Part shown: piece after piece, positions 1 through 12,434 of the stretch
How positions within the stretch are numbered: the stretch's first letter is position 1
How the letters are laid out: the number at the start of each line of letters is the position of its first letter
NCBI GenBank assembly: GCA_965644295.1
Contig: CBFFRP010000432.1
Span: 186,001 to 250,000, forward strand
Direction: 5' to 3'
Length of the DNA: 64,000 nt
Source of the DNA: Paraphysomonas bandaiensis
Taxonomy: Eukaryota > Protista > Chrysophyceae
Notes under the pieces: generated by a model
Database searches by the model: none
Told to the model about the DNA's origin: nothing
What the model saw: the letters and a program-made list of their open reading frames with translations, nothing else
Translations under genes and position numbers: made by a program

Positions 1-628
1 TATCTTTATGTCCCCCACACATGCCAGTACTAGATGCCCGGCGGTAAAGAGCGGCAGTTGAACTTGCACCATTACCAGATCCCTCCACAGCATAAAACCC
101 TTCGTTGACACATGCGCATTCATAGCTTCCAATCGTGTTCACACATTGCGCTGACGAATGGCACGAATGGGTTCCTATGGCACATTCGTCGACATCCTCA
201 ACCCAATAGTCAATGGTATGGCATTCACTTGTCTCACGCCCTCCAATCTTCCTCTGCAAGAATGCAGTCACCAAATACTTACCAATTTGTCCACTCAAAG
301 CCTTTCCATCATACTCAATATGTACCGAAGTGATATCTTGAAAATGAGAGTTCAAAAACTTAGTTGCCATTTTAATGATCATATTGTGGTGGTTTTTTGC
401 CTCAGAAACAGCTTCGTGCTGAGTGACTGCAATTTTAGCGTATCCAGTGGGCGATTTCGGGTCAGGAATAGGAGCACACTTCTCAACCTCTCGTTTGATA
501 GTAATGTCCCCATTGTTATTTATTTCAATTTGTGGATTGATTTGTAATTCATTTGTTTCTCCTGTAGAGGCTGTGGCTGTGATGGTTAATAACAGCACAG
601 CTAACTGCATAAACACGCGAGACATCAT
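1..628 (-). CDS. Secreted protein with a calcium-binding EGF-like domain (runs off window start)
   Basis: Manual translation from ATG at 628 is open to base 1: signal-peptide-like [21 protein letters not shown], then [29 protein letters not shown] (cbEGF consensus). Absent from the ORF track because no stop lies in the window. Confidence 0.8.
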   Translation of the reverse strand, partial: MMSRVFMQLAVLLLTITATASTGETNELQINPQIEINNNGDITIKREVEKCAPIPDPKSPTGYAKIAVTQHEAVSEAKNHHNMIIKMATKFLNSHFQDITSVHIEYDGKALSGQIGKYLVTAFLQRKIGGRETSECHTIDYWVEDVDECAIGTHSCHSSAQCVNTIGSYECACVNEGFYAVEGSGNGASSTAALYRRASSTGMCGGHKD

Positions 629-1403
629 CAGACTATCACACTAGCAACAATAGACTCCTGTATATAGAGGTGATTATTACTGATGTTATAGTAGATTGGT
701 AGTTGTGGTTGTGTGTGGAGTGTGCAGTGGAGATATGGCGATAGTTATATGCATATGAGTATATGTATGCATGCATTGTATGCAATGCTCATCTGCTGCT
801 CTGCTCGTGCATGCTATGAGCTACACAGTACAGTACAGTACAGCAGTATACAATATCGCCATTACAATGTAGTACTGCCCTACAGCACAATATACAGTCG
901 ACTCTATAGGATTGACTATATATACTATATAGAGTATATACATACTACTACATACTAGTATATGTACTCTGTATCCAAGTGCGGATACGACATACGATCC
1001 AATCCTCGTATTTTACTGACGTACTGTACATCTAGACTATGAGTTCCCAACACCGCACGCAACCTAAAACCCCCTATTTTTGAACGATTCTCCTTTGTTG
1101 TATTCTAAAAGTCTGTGTTTTTTTTGTGGTTTCGGTTCTCCGCATGAACGTTGTTAGCAAACGGAGTTTCTATGCACACAGAGCTGCTACACTCAACTTC
1201 AACAAACTCCTCATGCTTTAACCACAAAGGACACATTGATATGTGTCGCGGTTGTTTCCTGTTACCACTGTAATCGCTTGTAAATGATAAGTACTGCCGA
1301 TATATTCGAGTTCATATTATTTTATATTTAGCGTTGCATCCCAACTGCTGACATCTTTCGACATTGCCCAAGTTATACTCTATATGCGTTATTCAACTCA
1401 GCA

Positions 1404-2243
1404 ATGAATGTAGATGAGGACAACATATGTTATCACAATGTAATTGTGCAAACAATACGGGATTATTGTGGGCGAATATCACGAAAGGTCAATCTTTACA
1501 CTGATTCCGGAGATCAGGCCAAGCGGGCAGATAACTGGACAGTTTTCCAGGCATTCATAGGGTCATTTATTGGAATTCTAGTTTTATCATACTTAAATTA
1601 TAAGCTTGAGTTGGAAAAATCTGATTTTGTTATGATTGTGGGTAGCTTCGGAGCACAGGCTGTTCTTCTTTTTGCCGCCCCAACATCTCCACTTGCGCAG
1701 CCATGGAATTGTATATTTGGAAATGCAATATCATCAGCACTTGGAGTATCTATATTTAAACTATTTGAGGTGGGAATCGATAAATTTGAAAATTTAAGCT
1801 ATGTAGCTGCAGCGGCATCTGTGGCTCTTTCAATAGTAGTAATGCTACTTACGAAATCACTTCATCCCCCAGCTGGAGCAACTTCGCTCATTGCTGTTCT
1901 CGGAAGTCAGCGCATTCATGACCTAGGCTATTGGTATGTACTGTTTCCTGCCGTGATTGCATCTAGTGTTCATGTGTTTATTGCTCTCTTGTATAACAAT
2001 ACATCTTATCGTATTGGACGATCGTATCCTAATCACTGGGCTCCTGTTGATACTGCCATCTTCCATCCTTCCAAAAGAAAACTAGATTTTTCACCGGTAT
2101 CTGCAACCGCTAAAGCAGATGCTTCGGGGAGGAATAAGGATATTCAGTCTAATTCAGACCACAGCTATAGTGGAAATGGTGCTCCTGATGGTCAAGGACG
2201 TGAACTTGAACTAGAAGAATTAGGCAGTACGGAAACGCTATAA
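1404..2243 (+). CDS. HPP family membrane protein (family includes plastid/cyanobacterial nitrite transporters)
   Basis: 279-aa intronless ORF with several hydrophobic segments and family motifs SFGAQAVLLF, SPLAQPWN and LHPPAGA. Confidence 0.9.
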   Translation: MNVDEDNICYHNVIVQTIRDYCGRISRKVNLYTDSGDQAKRADNWTVFQAFIGSFIGILVLSYLNYKLELEKSDFVMIVGSFGAQAVLLFAAPTSPLAQPWNCIFGNAISSALGVSIFKLFEVGIDKFENLSYVAAAASVALSIVVMLLTKSLHPPAGATSLIAVLGSQRIHDLGYWYVLFPAVIASSVHVFIALLYNNTSYRIGRSYPNHWAPVDTAIFHPSKRKLDFSPVSATAKADASGRNKDIQSNSDHSYSGNGAPDGQGRELELEELGSTETL

Positions 2244-2388
2244 CACGAGGATGTAGAAGTCATCTACATATCAATATTAGTGTGTTTCGCCGTACATATT
2301 AGAATTTGAGTTTACTATATTACCAGTTTACATCTAGTTAACTTGAAATTTAACCCTGGGTGTAACTTGCCACTGTAGATGTATTAGG

Positions 2389-2644
2389 ATTCATCTTAGT
2401 ACAAGATAGTATGTGTGAGTTATGATGTTCAATGAAATATATCATGAACTGAATTAATGACTGTATCTGTTGAAGATACTTGATCGTCATCATAATGATC
2501 GTCATTATCAGTTATACTCCAAACTATTCCGTTGTGTGTGAATGTTCTGCATTATTATTCACTTTTCTACATTACTATGTTCATCACTTTACACTCTAAT
2601 AATCACAACATTATTCATACTATTATTAAGTTTAAATCTGCATT
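2389..2644. repeat. Dispersed ~260-bp AT-rich repeat, inverted copy at ~13637-13900
   Basis: For example GATACTTGATCGTCATCATAATGATCGTCATTATCAGTTATACT here is the reverse complement of sequence at ~13767-13811; similarity continues on both sides with mismatches. Confidence 0.8.
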
Positions 2645-2866
2645 AGATGTGAGATGTAGAAGTAGTGATTTAGAAATTGTAAAAAATAAAAAAGATTTAA
2701 GAATTATCGTAAGTAACGATTAATTACGGTATGTGCTGATGATATAAAAAGGAATTATAGTAGTGAAACTGAAATATATTTACCGTATATGATAGTGATA
2801 TATATCACAGATTGGTAGTTGAAAATTTAAGACAACAATCCTAACATGACAATGCTTGATATGGTA

Positions 2867-4081
2867 TTATTATTGAAAGTCTTTTTATTTAGCAATAGGC
2901 GTTAAAAACTCATTCCGATACAGTGGCTAGTTGAATGCTAGATCTACTAGTTAGACCTCTACCCATAACTAATCAGCACAAATTCTATTATCCTACTATT
3001 TAGCGCTACAGAAGCTGCTTGTGCGTCGCCGCAAGCACCAAGGTGCAACCACTTCCGTTCTTGATGTTGTGTGTGAGTTCACCCTGCTCCTGTGTCTGAG
3101 GACTCACTGGCGCGTGTTGTCCGGGGGTCTCCCCTTGGGATAAGGTTCCGCCTGGCTCTGACGTACAGGGTTCTGTATTAAGGTCCTGAGTGTACCGAGC
3201 ACTAGATGTGTGTACTGAGAGGTTGATGGTGTGGTGAAATGTGGCGGTGTCGCCATGCACCGTCTGGGCGTTGGGCATAGGTGGAGTTGCCGGAGACGTC
3301 GTCGCCGTTGTCTAGGGCCTGTTGGTTTCATACGGTCCGGTGCTATGGTCCTTTGCGTATGGTTGGTAAGGTTCATAGGTGCGGTGGGCGGTGTTCTAGT
3401 CTCGGTTCGTCTGTGGATTCCTAGTAATCTTAGCACCCTTGGGCGTTTCCGTTTCTGTCTATGTTTTGGATGCGGCTGCGGTAGTAGCCTTGGGGGACCT
3501 TTCTGTAGGGTAACGTATCTTCTTCCGCGATCTTGGATCATTAGTTTTGCTGCAGCGAAAAGCGGTAGAAGTAATTTGATGATCGCTGATTCGATGCTGC
3601 GCAGTCCTTGGGATGTCAGTGACTCATGGATGTGATCTCCAAAAACCATTTCAAGCTGAGTAGTTGTGATGGTACCCGTCCAGAATCTTTCCACCTGTGG
3701 CACGGAAGGGTTCCAGGGTGATCCATTGGGGTAGTTCCGGATTTCTCATTTCTTCTAGAAGCGCGTTTTTGTGGCTGTGAAATGCAGACTCCCTTATCTG
3801 CATTATGTTGTCATTTGTACAGTCTAGACACATATGCTTGAGTGAGTCTAGTCTAAATCCGCAGTCAGAACATGCGGCTTTAGCCATGTCGAGTCCGTGT
3901 TTGGTTTTCGCCCGGTTTCTTCCTATGCTGTAGGATTTGTCCCATGTCAGTGCTGCATTGAGTACTCGCTGGCGCAGGTGGGAGCTCACTTTGTCCTTTG
4001 AGGGTCCACCATCTGCTTGCGCCAGTTTGCGCGGAAGTAGTGCTCCGCTGTCTTTCCAGTATACAGGAGCCCGGTCAGGCC
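2867..4081 (-). mobile_element. 5'-truncated non-LTR retrotransposon (LINE) 3' fragment
   Basis: 10-bp direct repeat TGATATGGTA at 2857-2866 and 4082-4091 (TSD). (TAA)n tail at the minus-strand 3' end. ORF has the LINE ORF2 C-terminal CCHC motif CSDCGFRLDSLKHMCLDC. Frameshift near 3700. More GC-rich than its flanks. Confidence 0.85.
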
Positions 4082-4491
4082 TGATATGGTAGCGAGTGAT
4101 AGTTTACATTGGAAACATCTTCCGAGGTTTGTTCAATTTGAAGCAGTTAACTGAACGAATAAAGGACCAGTGAGACTGCCGTTCGAAACGTATGTTGGAA
4201 CAAGATTTATCCCGAATGTCTGACTATTAGCAATAGGGAATGGGAATGGCGGGATATTTACTTCTACATTAAAATAGTTGTTGCTGCAAATTATGGCTTA
4301 CACTTCTTTCAACTACTGGAGCAAATCTAAGGAATGTGAAAATAATACACCTCTAAAAAAAGACTATATATTCAGAAAAATTCAGTATAATTATTCGTAC
4401 CAAACATATATCTATAGATCTCAATACAATTTACAGATAGACATCGCAGGCATACTGTATAAGTACCACTTAACAAGAGATGTTTGTCACA

Positions 4492-5736
4492 TTAATTCAT
4501 ATTTGGCCTGTATTTCTTCGCCTCCACTTGGCCAGTTGAAGCAAAAGCAGAGGCTGCTTGAGTAAGAGGAATAACATCAGCTCTGGTAAATTTTTTTCCA
4601 GTGACCGGGCAGGTCATTGTCGGATACGCGAGTTCCTTTGCGACAGACTCAAGCATTATTTCATTTGTGTTTCGGATAGCGACAGCTTTCTGAGAAGTAA
4701 TAGTTTTCCTGACATAAAATGGGGGTTACGTCATTCGCAGCTGATTACTTTGCAATAAAATTAAGGCACTAGCACGATATACAGAATATATGATGTAACA
4801 CGAACCTGGACACGGGACATATAAACTTTACGGCGCCACTTTTTCCCTCCCCTTGGTCGTCCTCACGATGCATATTAAGAGGAACTAGATCCGACGCTCT
4901 TAAGGGCCTCTGCGTGTTAGGGCTAGGGGGACGCTTGCTAGGTCGCTTCACTGGAGCAGGTGCAGCTCCAGGAGTGAACTGAGGAATCCAGGGAGATATT
5001 TCCTTCAAACGTTTCATGTCAGTCTCTCTGTCTGTGTCGTCTATAATTTTCTGTCGACTGGCCATATAGCTCTGTTTCTCTTCCACTGCTGAAGCTTTGC
5101 GCTTCACAAGGCTACTTACACCCTCAACATCAGCAGCAAATTTCTCAAGCTCCCGTCCCCTCTCTTCTTCGCGTCGACTTGCTTCCTCTGCCGCTAATTT
5201 GGCCTACACCAATAGTCGCACGCAATACCGTCACTTAAGAAGTCAAAAATGTATTATCCAAACAATGTGGCATAATGTCTAAGGAACCACTTTTTAATAA
5301 TATATATGCATATGAACAATAGGGAATAGTAACTACAATGCACTCTCATATTGGCACAATGGTAGCGTGAATACCTGTTCCTCGTCAAATAATTTCGCTT
5401 GCCTCTTCAATTCTTTAGTCTTTTTCAAAAGGTACTCTAATATGGCCTCACGCTCGTATATATGTCCCGAAGGACTATATCACATCCATCTATTAAAGCA
5501 TTCTGCAAAACAAGCGTATACATTACCTGACAACTGCGTCGCTCACTGGCTGTAACGACAAAGAGCAGTAGCCGAATGGAAGTTGAGATTCAGCGCCTAG
5601 TCTCTGGCATATGCTCCCAAGCCCAGCTTTGACCTACAATACGATTAGACGGACCCTCACCTCTCACTGCCCACACCTTCTCATGATATCGAAAATGGGT
5701 AGCATCGCCGTTATTCTTCGAATGTTTCTGGGGCAT
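4492..5736 (-). CDS. NOSIP: Nitric oxide synthase-interacting protein (RING/U-box spliceosome-associated protein), multi-exon
   Basis: Joined exons give MPQKHSKNN...QRLGAESQLPFGYCSLSLQP...PSGHIYEREAILEYLL...SPWIPQFTP...FICPVS...AFASTGQVEAKKYRPNMN*, matching NOSIP motifs. Internal splice sites are not all resolved. Confidence 0.85.
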
Positions 5737-5851
5737 ACTCTTCAATTAACAGGAAATTATACTAGAAAACTACAACCGAATGCTGAAAATGGAACTAATC
5801 ACAGTTCCCCTCTATACCTCTATGAGCACATGAACACCAGAGAGACCTCTG

Positions 5852-6811
5852 TACATACATACATACATACATACATACATACATACATACATACATACAT
5901 ACATACATACATACATACATACATACATACATACATACATTCATACATACATACATACATACATACATACATACATACATACATACATACATACATACAT
6001 ACATACATACATACATACATACATACATACATACATACATACATACATACATACATACATACATACATACATACATACATACATACATACATACATACAT
6101 ACATACATACATACATACATACATACATACATACATACATACATACATACATACATACATACATACATACATACATACATTCATACATACATACATACAT
6201 ACATACATACATACATACATACATACATACATACATACATACATACATACATACATACATACATACATACATACATACATACATACATACATACATACAT
6301 ACATACATACATACATACATACATACATACATACATACATACATACATACATACATACATACATACATACATACATACATACATACATACATACATACAT
6401 ACATACATACATACATACATACATACATACATACATACATACATACATACATACATACATACATACATACATACATACATACATACATACATACATACAT
6501 ACATACAAACATACATACATACATACATACATACATACATACATACATACATACATACATACATACATACATACATACATACATACATACATACATACAT
6601 ACATACATACATACATACATACATGCATACATACATACATACATACATACATACATACATACATACATACATACATACATACATACATACATACATACAT
6701 ACATACATACATACATACATACATACATACATACATACATACATACATACATACATACATACATACATACATACATACATACATACATACATACATACAT
6801 ACATACATACA

Positions 6812-6843
<32 letters not shown>

Positions 6844-6845
6844 CA
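5852..6845. repeat. (ACAT)n tetranucleotide microsatellite, ~1 kb
   Basis: About 250 units with isolated substitutions at 5941, 6181, 6508 and 6625. Confidence 0.99.
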
Positions 6846-7119
6846 CCTACAGCCTATAATATGCAGCAGTATACCTATAGAGCAGGAGTACGAGTACGTG
6901 TACAAGTACCTCCACACATAGATATATGTACACTCTACGTGCTATCCAGACTACCACATAACCACAATTAAACTCAGCGCACTCCCGCTTTCCTCTCCTC
7001 GTGTGCTTTTCTCGTGTTTTTCACTCATTGATCGAGCTCTTAGCGCATATGATAGCGACCCATACAGATAAAATGGCTTCGTAATTACTGCAAATAGATC
7101 TGCTCGACTGCGTGGAGGA

Positions 7120-10100
7120 ATGTCTCATTCCTGGCGTGATTATGAAGAAATTACAGCAAATGTTATCGTAGATGCAGATGATTTGGTCGAAGATTATGAC
7201 GGTCCGTCTTTCTGCAAATGCTCAAGTTTTGAGGACAAGTCTTGCTCCAGTAATGTGTGCTATAATTATGCCACTCTGACAGAGTGCACGAAATGTACCT
7301 CATATTGTGGAAATAATAAATTTCAGAAGAACTTTTCTGTTAATCTCGATGTACGCGAAGCTAGTGATAAGGGTTTTGGGCTATACTGTTTGGAAGATAT
7401 TACGAAAGGCCAGTTTGTTAGGGAATATGTGGGCGAGCTGATCAGCACAAAGGAACTGAATACGAGGTAGTGTCTTATGTGGGTTAGTCTGTATAAGTTA
7501 CATTGTGTATGTCAGACTTCGGACATCTGCGACGGATCATATGTATGTGATGGAACTGAAATCAGGAACATATCTGGATGCCAGGAGGAAGGGATCCGTA
7601 TCCCGTTTCATAAATCACAGCTGTGAACCGAACTGCTCGGTGGAGGTATGGACGGTAGGGCGACGGTTGCGAGTTGGTATTTTTGCAATCAAAGATATCT
7701 CAGCTAACACTGAACTTACTTTTGACTATCGATGGGAACGGAGTGAGCGCCCCCTCACACGGTGAGTCCGAAAATCTGTCACTTCTTGTTATCATGTAGT
7801 CTTTCTTTTTCAGATGTTGCTGTGGTACGAAATCTTGTAGGGGATATCTTGAGGTGCTGAGTGAGGAGGACCTGGATGACCCGACACTGACACTTCGGTC
7901 GGGCTTATGGACGAAAAGTGTGGAGGCTGAGCGACTTGCAGAAGAAAGCGGCAAGGGGGGTGAGTGGTTAGTTGGGCGCCGAATAAAAGTCTGGTGGGAG
8001 GAGAACCAGTCATATTTTGAGGCAGATGTTCTCTCGTATAGTAGTTCCACATTGTTGCATTTTGTAAAGTATCTCACCGACAACGATCGTTCGTATGAGC
8101 GCCTGCTTCCCTGTAGCTCCAGTGATACGGAATGGGAATGGCTTGACGAAGAAAAAAACGATGTGATCATACGTAAACGGAAGGTGGAAGACGATGATGG
8201 GAGTAACACTAGCGCTGAATCCGCGTCAGTTGTAGAGGAAGGAGATGAGAAAGAAAGAGAAGAGAGAGCGTGTGATACCTTTCACTTGTGTGGCCACACT
8301 CAACGTCGTAGAGAGAACAGGAGTAGCTTTGTGTCCGCTGCTGTTGGTACTTCCAGTACCACGATTAAGGTCACCTACGCTGCCTGTGCACACGTACTTT
8401 CAGAATTGAACCAATCAGCAAATCTCCACTATTTTCAACGTTCTCCTGCACAAATTCTGGGAGGCTTTTGCGAATGGGCTTTTATGAAACTTAAAGTTCA
8501 AGTGCGATGTTTGGATGAATCAAAGACAACATATTCAGAGGACGATGTGGTGAGCCTATATTTCCATGGCATGCATGAGACCGTCACAAATTTGTGCAAC
8601 AAGCTCGAGAAAGCTGACGAGTTCTGTAGGTACAGTTCATTTGGATGATCTTAATGACATACAACTGACAAAAGTTAATAGGGCCGAGAAGGTGCGGGCG
8701 GAATCTGAGCGAAAAGCACTGCAAAGGTCTCAGCAGTCTGCCTCAATGACCAACGACTGGCGTTGCTGTCTCCCTAGTGATGTTGTAGAGCAATTGTGCT
8801 GCGCTGCTGGGTGCTCTCTTGACCGAGCAATGGGCTCTATTAAAGGTCTTCTCCCTCACAATTCACTTCCCCTTGTCCCAACCCAGCAAGATATTGGAGT
8901 ACAGCGGTCTATGAGACAGTCCTTATGCTTGCTCCTACAGGAAGTGAAGGCCACGGAGAGAACGTCATTCCACGCACTGACACTGCTTCAGCGATGCTTT
9001 GATGTAATGTCGAGTGCGGATATTACCTCAGATCTAATGGGATTCTTGGCTGCCTGTCTATTATTATCTATAAAATCTGTGGGCGTGTTTCGCCCGTGGC
9101 ACATTTGTCAAATCATTTCATCAGCCTACAAAGTCATTTTCCACCAAGTTTTGGAAGAGTCCGTCCCTGAGAGATACATCCGTCGCACTAGCATCATAGA
9201 GCATCGCATTATGCAAAATTTGCAATGCGACTTGCTGGTACCAGATATATCCTATTTTTGTTTGCCAGTTTCGTTTGACAAAGGTGTAAGTTGCGACGAC
9301 GAGGTGCATGCCATCTTACAAGGCATGTTTGTCCTCTGCAATTGTATATTGCGCGCAGGAGATAGAAATGTGGATGTCACAGGTGAAAGAGTAACGGTTT
9401 CTGACGTATATCGGAGCCTCTGCCCGGATTTGTTGCAATGGAACACTGTGTTCGTGCTTTGCGTTCTCCAGGCTTATCTGATGCATGCTCCTCACCAGCG
9501 CCCTTCTCTAGGTGAAGTAAACTCGGATGTCATAGCTCAAGATACAATGATTCGGCGTTCTGTGATGGAAAATCTTTCCGTATCAAAGACATTTTTACCA
9601 TTGCGCAAAGCATATATTCGATACAGTCGACTATCGGAGCACCAGACGAATAGTGTGGCAATATACTCGCCTTTTGCTTGTGAATGGGCCATGCACATGC
9701 TATGCTTACTCTGTAAAACTGCTCTGAATTCTGAGGAAGTGCATAGTGTCCAGCTTGCCGTTAGTTCAGTATGCAATTCTTTTAGTAGAGATCAGGAAAT
9801 AACGCAGTCAGCTTGGAAAGATTTGTTGACACGAGTACCTTGTGTCCTCTCTCGGTGGTGTAGAGAGATGGGTGGAACTAGCCAAGAGTACGGCCACTTG
9901 GGCCACGACTACCACTACTCTCCTCACCGCCACCCGCGACCACCTACCGCACCACCACCTCCTCCTCCACCCCCTTCTTCTGATGGTTGCACTGCTACGC
10001 CTACTCTCAACAAATTATGTCTCACTGTTCGTGTTCGCCAACCGTATAACATCTCCAGTAATCGCATGCATACGGGGTGGTTGGATTACTCTGACATGCG

Positions 10101-11956
10101 GATTGTTGGGCGGAACCAGAAACGCACTTCTAACGTCGTGCTTGCACGCTGCCCTGATTCAGCTCTCAGGGCTGTAAACGCAGGACATCTATATTACAGA
10201 GGTGTTGAGAGTGTAGACGACACTAGTACTCTGGTGGCATTGCTACCAATGCCACTACCCCGTGCACTTCAGAGCGAAGTGCGGAGGATAGCTTCTGCAT
10301 ACAGTGGCGAGCGAACAGGTTTGAACTGTGATGATTTTGGAGTCTCACCTTCCTTTCTGCGCGAGCTACTACTAATTCAGCATGTTACTTATTTTTCTGA
10401 TGCACCAGAGAGAGGATTGTATGAGGGAATTGTACCACCTATTGCTGTTGCGCGGAAGCAATACGAGCGGACTAACTGCGCTGACCGTGAAAACAAGACT
10501 ACATCAACCACATATGTGTCTTCCCCTGCTACATTTACTCCCACGCTCACTGTAAACTCTCGGTCGTCTCCCAGAATCCCTGCATCCTCTCCATGCATTA
10601 CACCGCTCTCTACGATAACCTCTATTGATAGTTGTGATAGCAATGTGGACTCCGTCATGTCCCTCCTGTCATCACTTGATTCATATCAGGCCAGCGGTTC
10701 TGCGGTTGACCCGATAACACCGTCTATTGCAAGGTTAAAACCTAGCCCCGTCTCAAACAATAGAAAGGATCATCGTTCAGCAGGACAATCAATCGGCCGC
10801 GGTACGCCCACCCCAAATGAGCTGTATTACGCTGTCCTCCCTGCACCTGCATGCCACCTGCCCCTCGCTGATGTAGTTTCTTCTATGAAAGGCGAAGTAG
10901 TAGATGTCTGGTTTTTACGTGATTTGTGTCGCGATTTGATTCAAGCGATGCGCCACTGCTCATCGCGGGGGGTGGAGTTTCGGTACATTAGCATGGATCA
11001 ACTGTGGTTGTCGTCGACTGGAAGGATCACCCTCTGTGGATTGGCAGGAGCGGTGTGGACAAGGTCGAAACTTACCACTGCAGATAGTGCTCTCCTCCCT
11101 CCGCCGGAAACTACAAATCGCAAAATCTCGAAGCATATCATGCGCCCTCCTTCTTTGGGGCAAAATATTGAATCTGCATCCCCTGAGGTGATATACGGGG
11201 AGGAACCCTCAGAACACTCTTCGGTCTGGACCGCTGCAGCTATCTGTTGCTTCATACTGTCAGGTAAAATATTTTTTTGAATTTAGTGTGCGATTAATGA
11301 AGTTCATGTATAGGTTCAATGCCCATCAAATTAAGTACTGACGAGAACAAGTACGTACAGCATATGTTTGCCCTGCTTGGTACTCCTCTCAAGATGGGCT
11401 ACACCGGTTTCAGTTCATTGCCGCGAGCAAAAGAACTAGGGAGTACTGTGCTTGTCAAAGGCAGTGGCGAAAAGATTCAGGTTAAGAGTCGACTGGTGAA
11501 GATGCTTTTGAGCTCAATAGTGAAAAGAGTTCAATGCTCTTTTGCTTATGAGAACGACCGTAAAAACTTGAAAGAAAGCTTTGACAACAGTGTGGTGTAT
11601 GCTTTGTCAGAGGCGTTGCAGTTGGTACCTTCTTCCCGCCCCTCTTTCGATAAGTTTATTAATATGGAATTCTTCACTCTTCCTGAACCAGACCATGTCG
11701 AAAGGGGGCTCGATAAAATGATAAACCTGACCACCTCATGCAGGTATAAATGTCATGAATCGTGGAATTTTGTGGCTGATTAAAATACCTTTTCGTAAAC
11801 AGAAAGAAAGAGTGGGAAACAGTTTCAACAGACGATCTGGTGAATGACGAACTGTTTGAAATGACATGGGGAGATGCGTGGTGGAGAAAACAATCCGAGA
11901 CACACACTCATAAGAGGCCCAGAGTGAGCACCAGGGATATGCACTATAGCGTTTAG
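7120..11956 (+). CDS. Multidomain protein: AWS-SET-postSET (SETD2/ASH1-like), Tudor-like, cyclin box, CDK-like pseudokinase
   Basis: Inferred exons 7120-7466, 7516-7761, 7814-8629, 8682-11263, 11314-11743, 11803-11956; all five GT-AG joins preserve frame. Motifs: AWS cysteines, KGFGL, RFINHSCEPN, ELTFDY, post-SET CCCGTKSCRGYL, LVGRRIKVWW (Tudor), LAACLLLSIK...EHRIMQNLQCDL (cyclin), SPSFLRE, SPE...SVWTAAAI (kinase fold). Start codon uncertain. Confidence 0.8.
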
Positions 11957-12434
11957 GACAATTGTGATGAATAGAAGTGAAATTTATATAATATTCTTCC
12001 TCATTGTATTTAGACTATAATACCGTTACGCATAATGCATAATGGCGTGCTTGTATGTTTTAAACACTTCGCCCTTGTTTTGCTTGCGTAATATTTTGTC
12101 TTCAGAAATGCCTCTATGATATTGACTATTTCTTAAGCATTAGGTAAAACTGCAATAGCGGATAAAACACTTGTCTGTGCTATAGCTGTATGAATCGTCA
12201 CGAATTCCAACAGCTCAACACGTTATGAAACTATGGATTATGTTTTCATGTGATCAACAATTAGCTACTGACAGTTATTGATTTCTTATTAAAAAGTATA
12301 AAGTTATAAACTTTTGACATTCCAACGCTTAGAAGAAAGTAACTGAACTTAAACTCAACACCCTCTCAGTATACTAAAATTTCTTATCATTTAGTTTCGG
12401 TTGTCTACACAACTAACCAATCAATAATTTACAA

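Noticed and set aside
5611-6921. Long ORFs of HTYI/MYVC repeats on both strands
   Set aside because: Artefacts of the stop-free (ACAT)n microsatellite.
7120-7850. Neighbouring host SET gene as the donor of the retrotransposon SET domain
   Set aside because: The host domain has AWS, RFINHSC and post-SET cysteines plus introns. The element domain has RYAND, no post-SET and no visible nucleotide similarity, so co-location looks coincidental.
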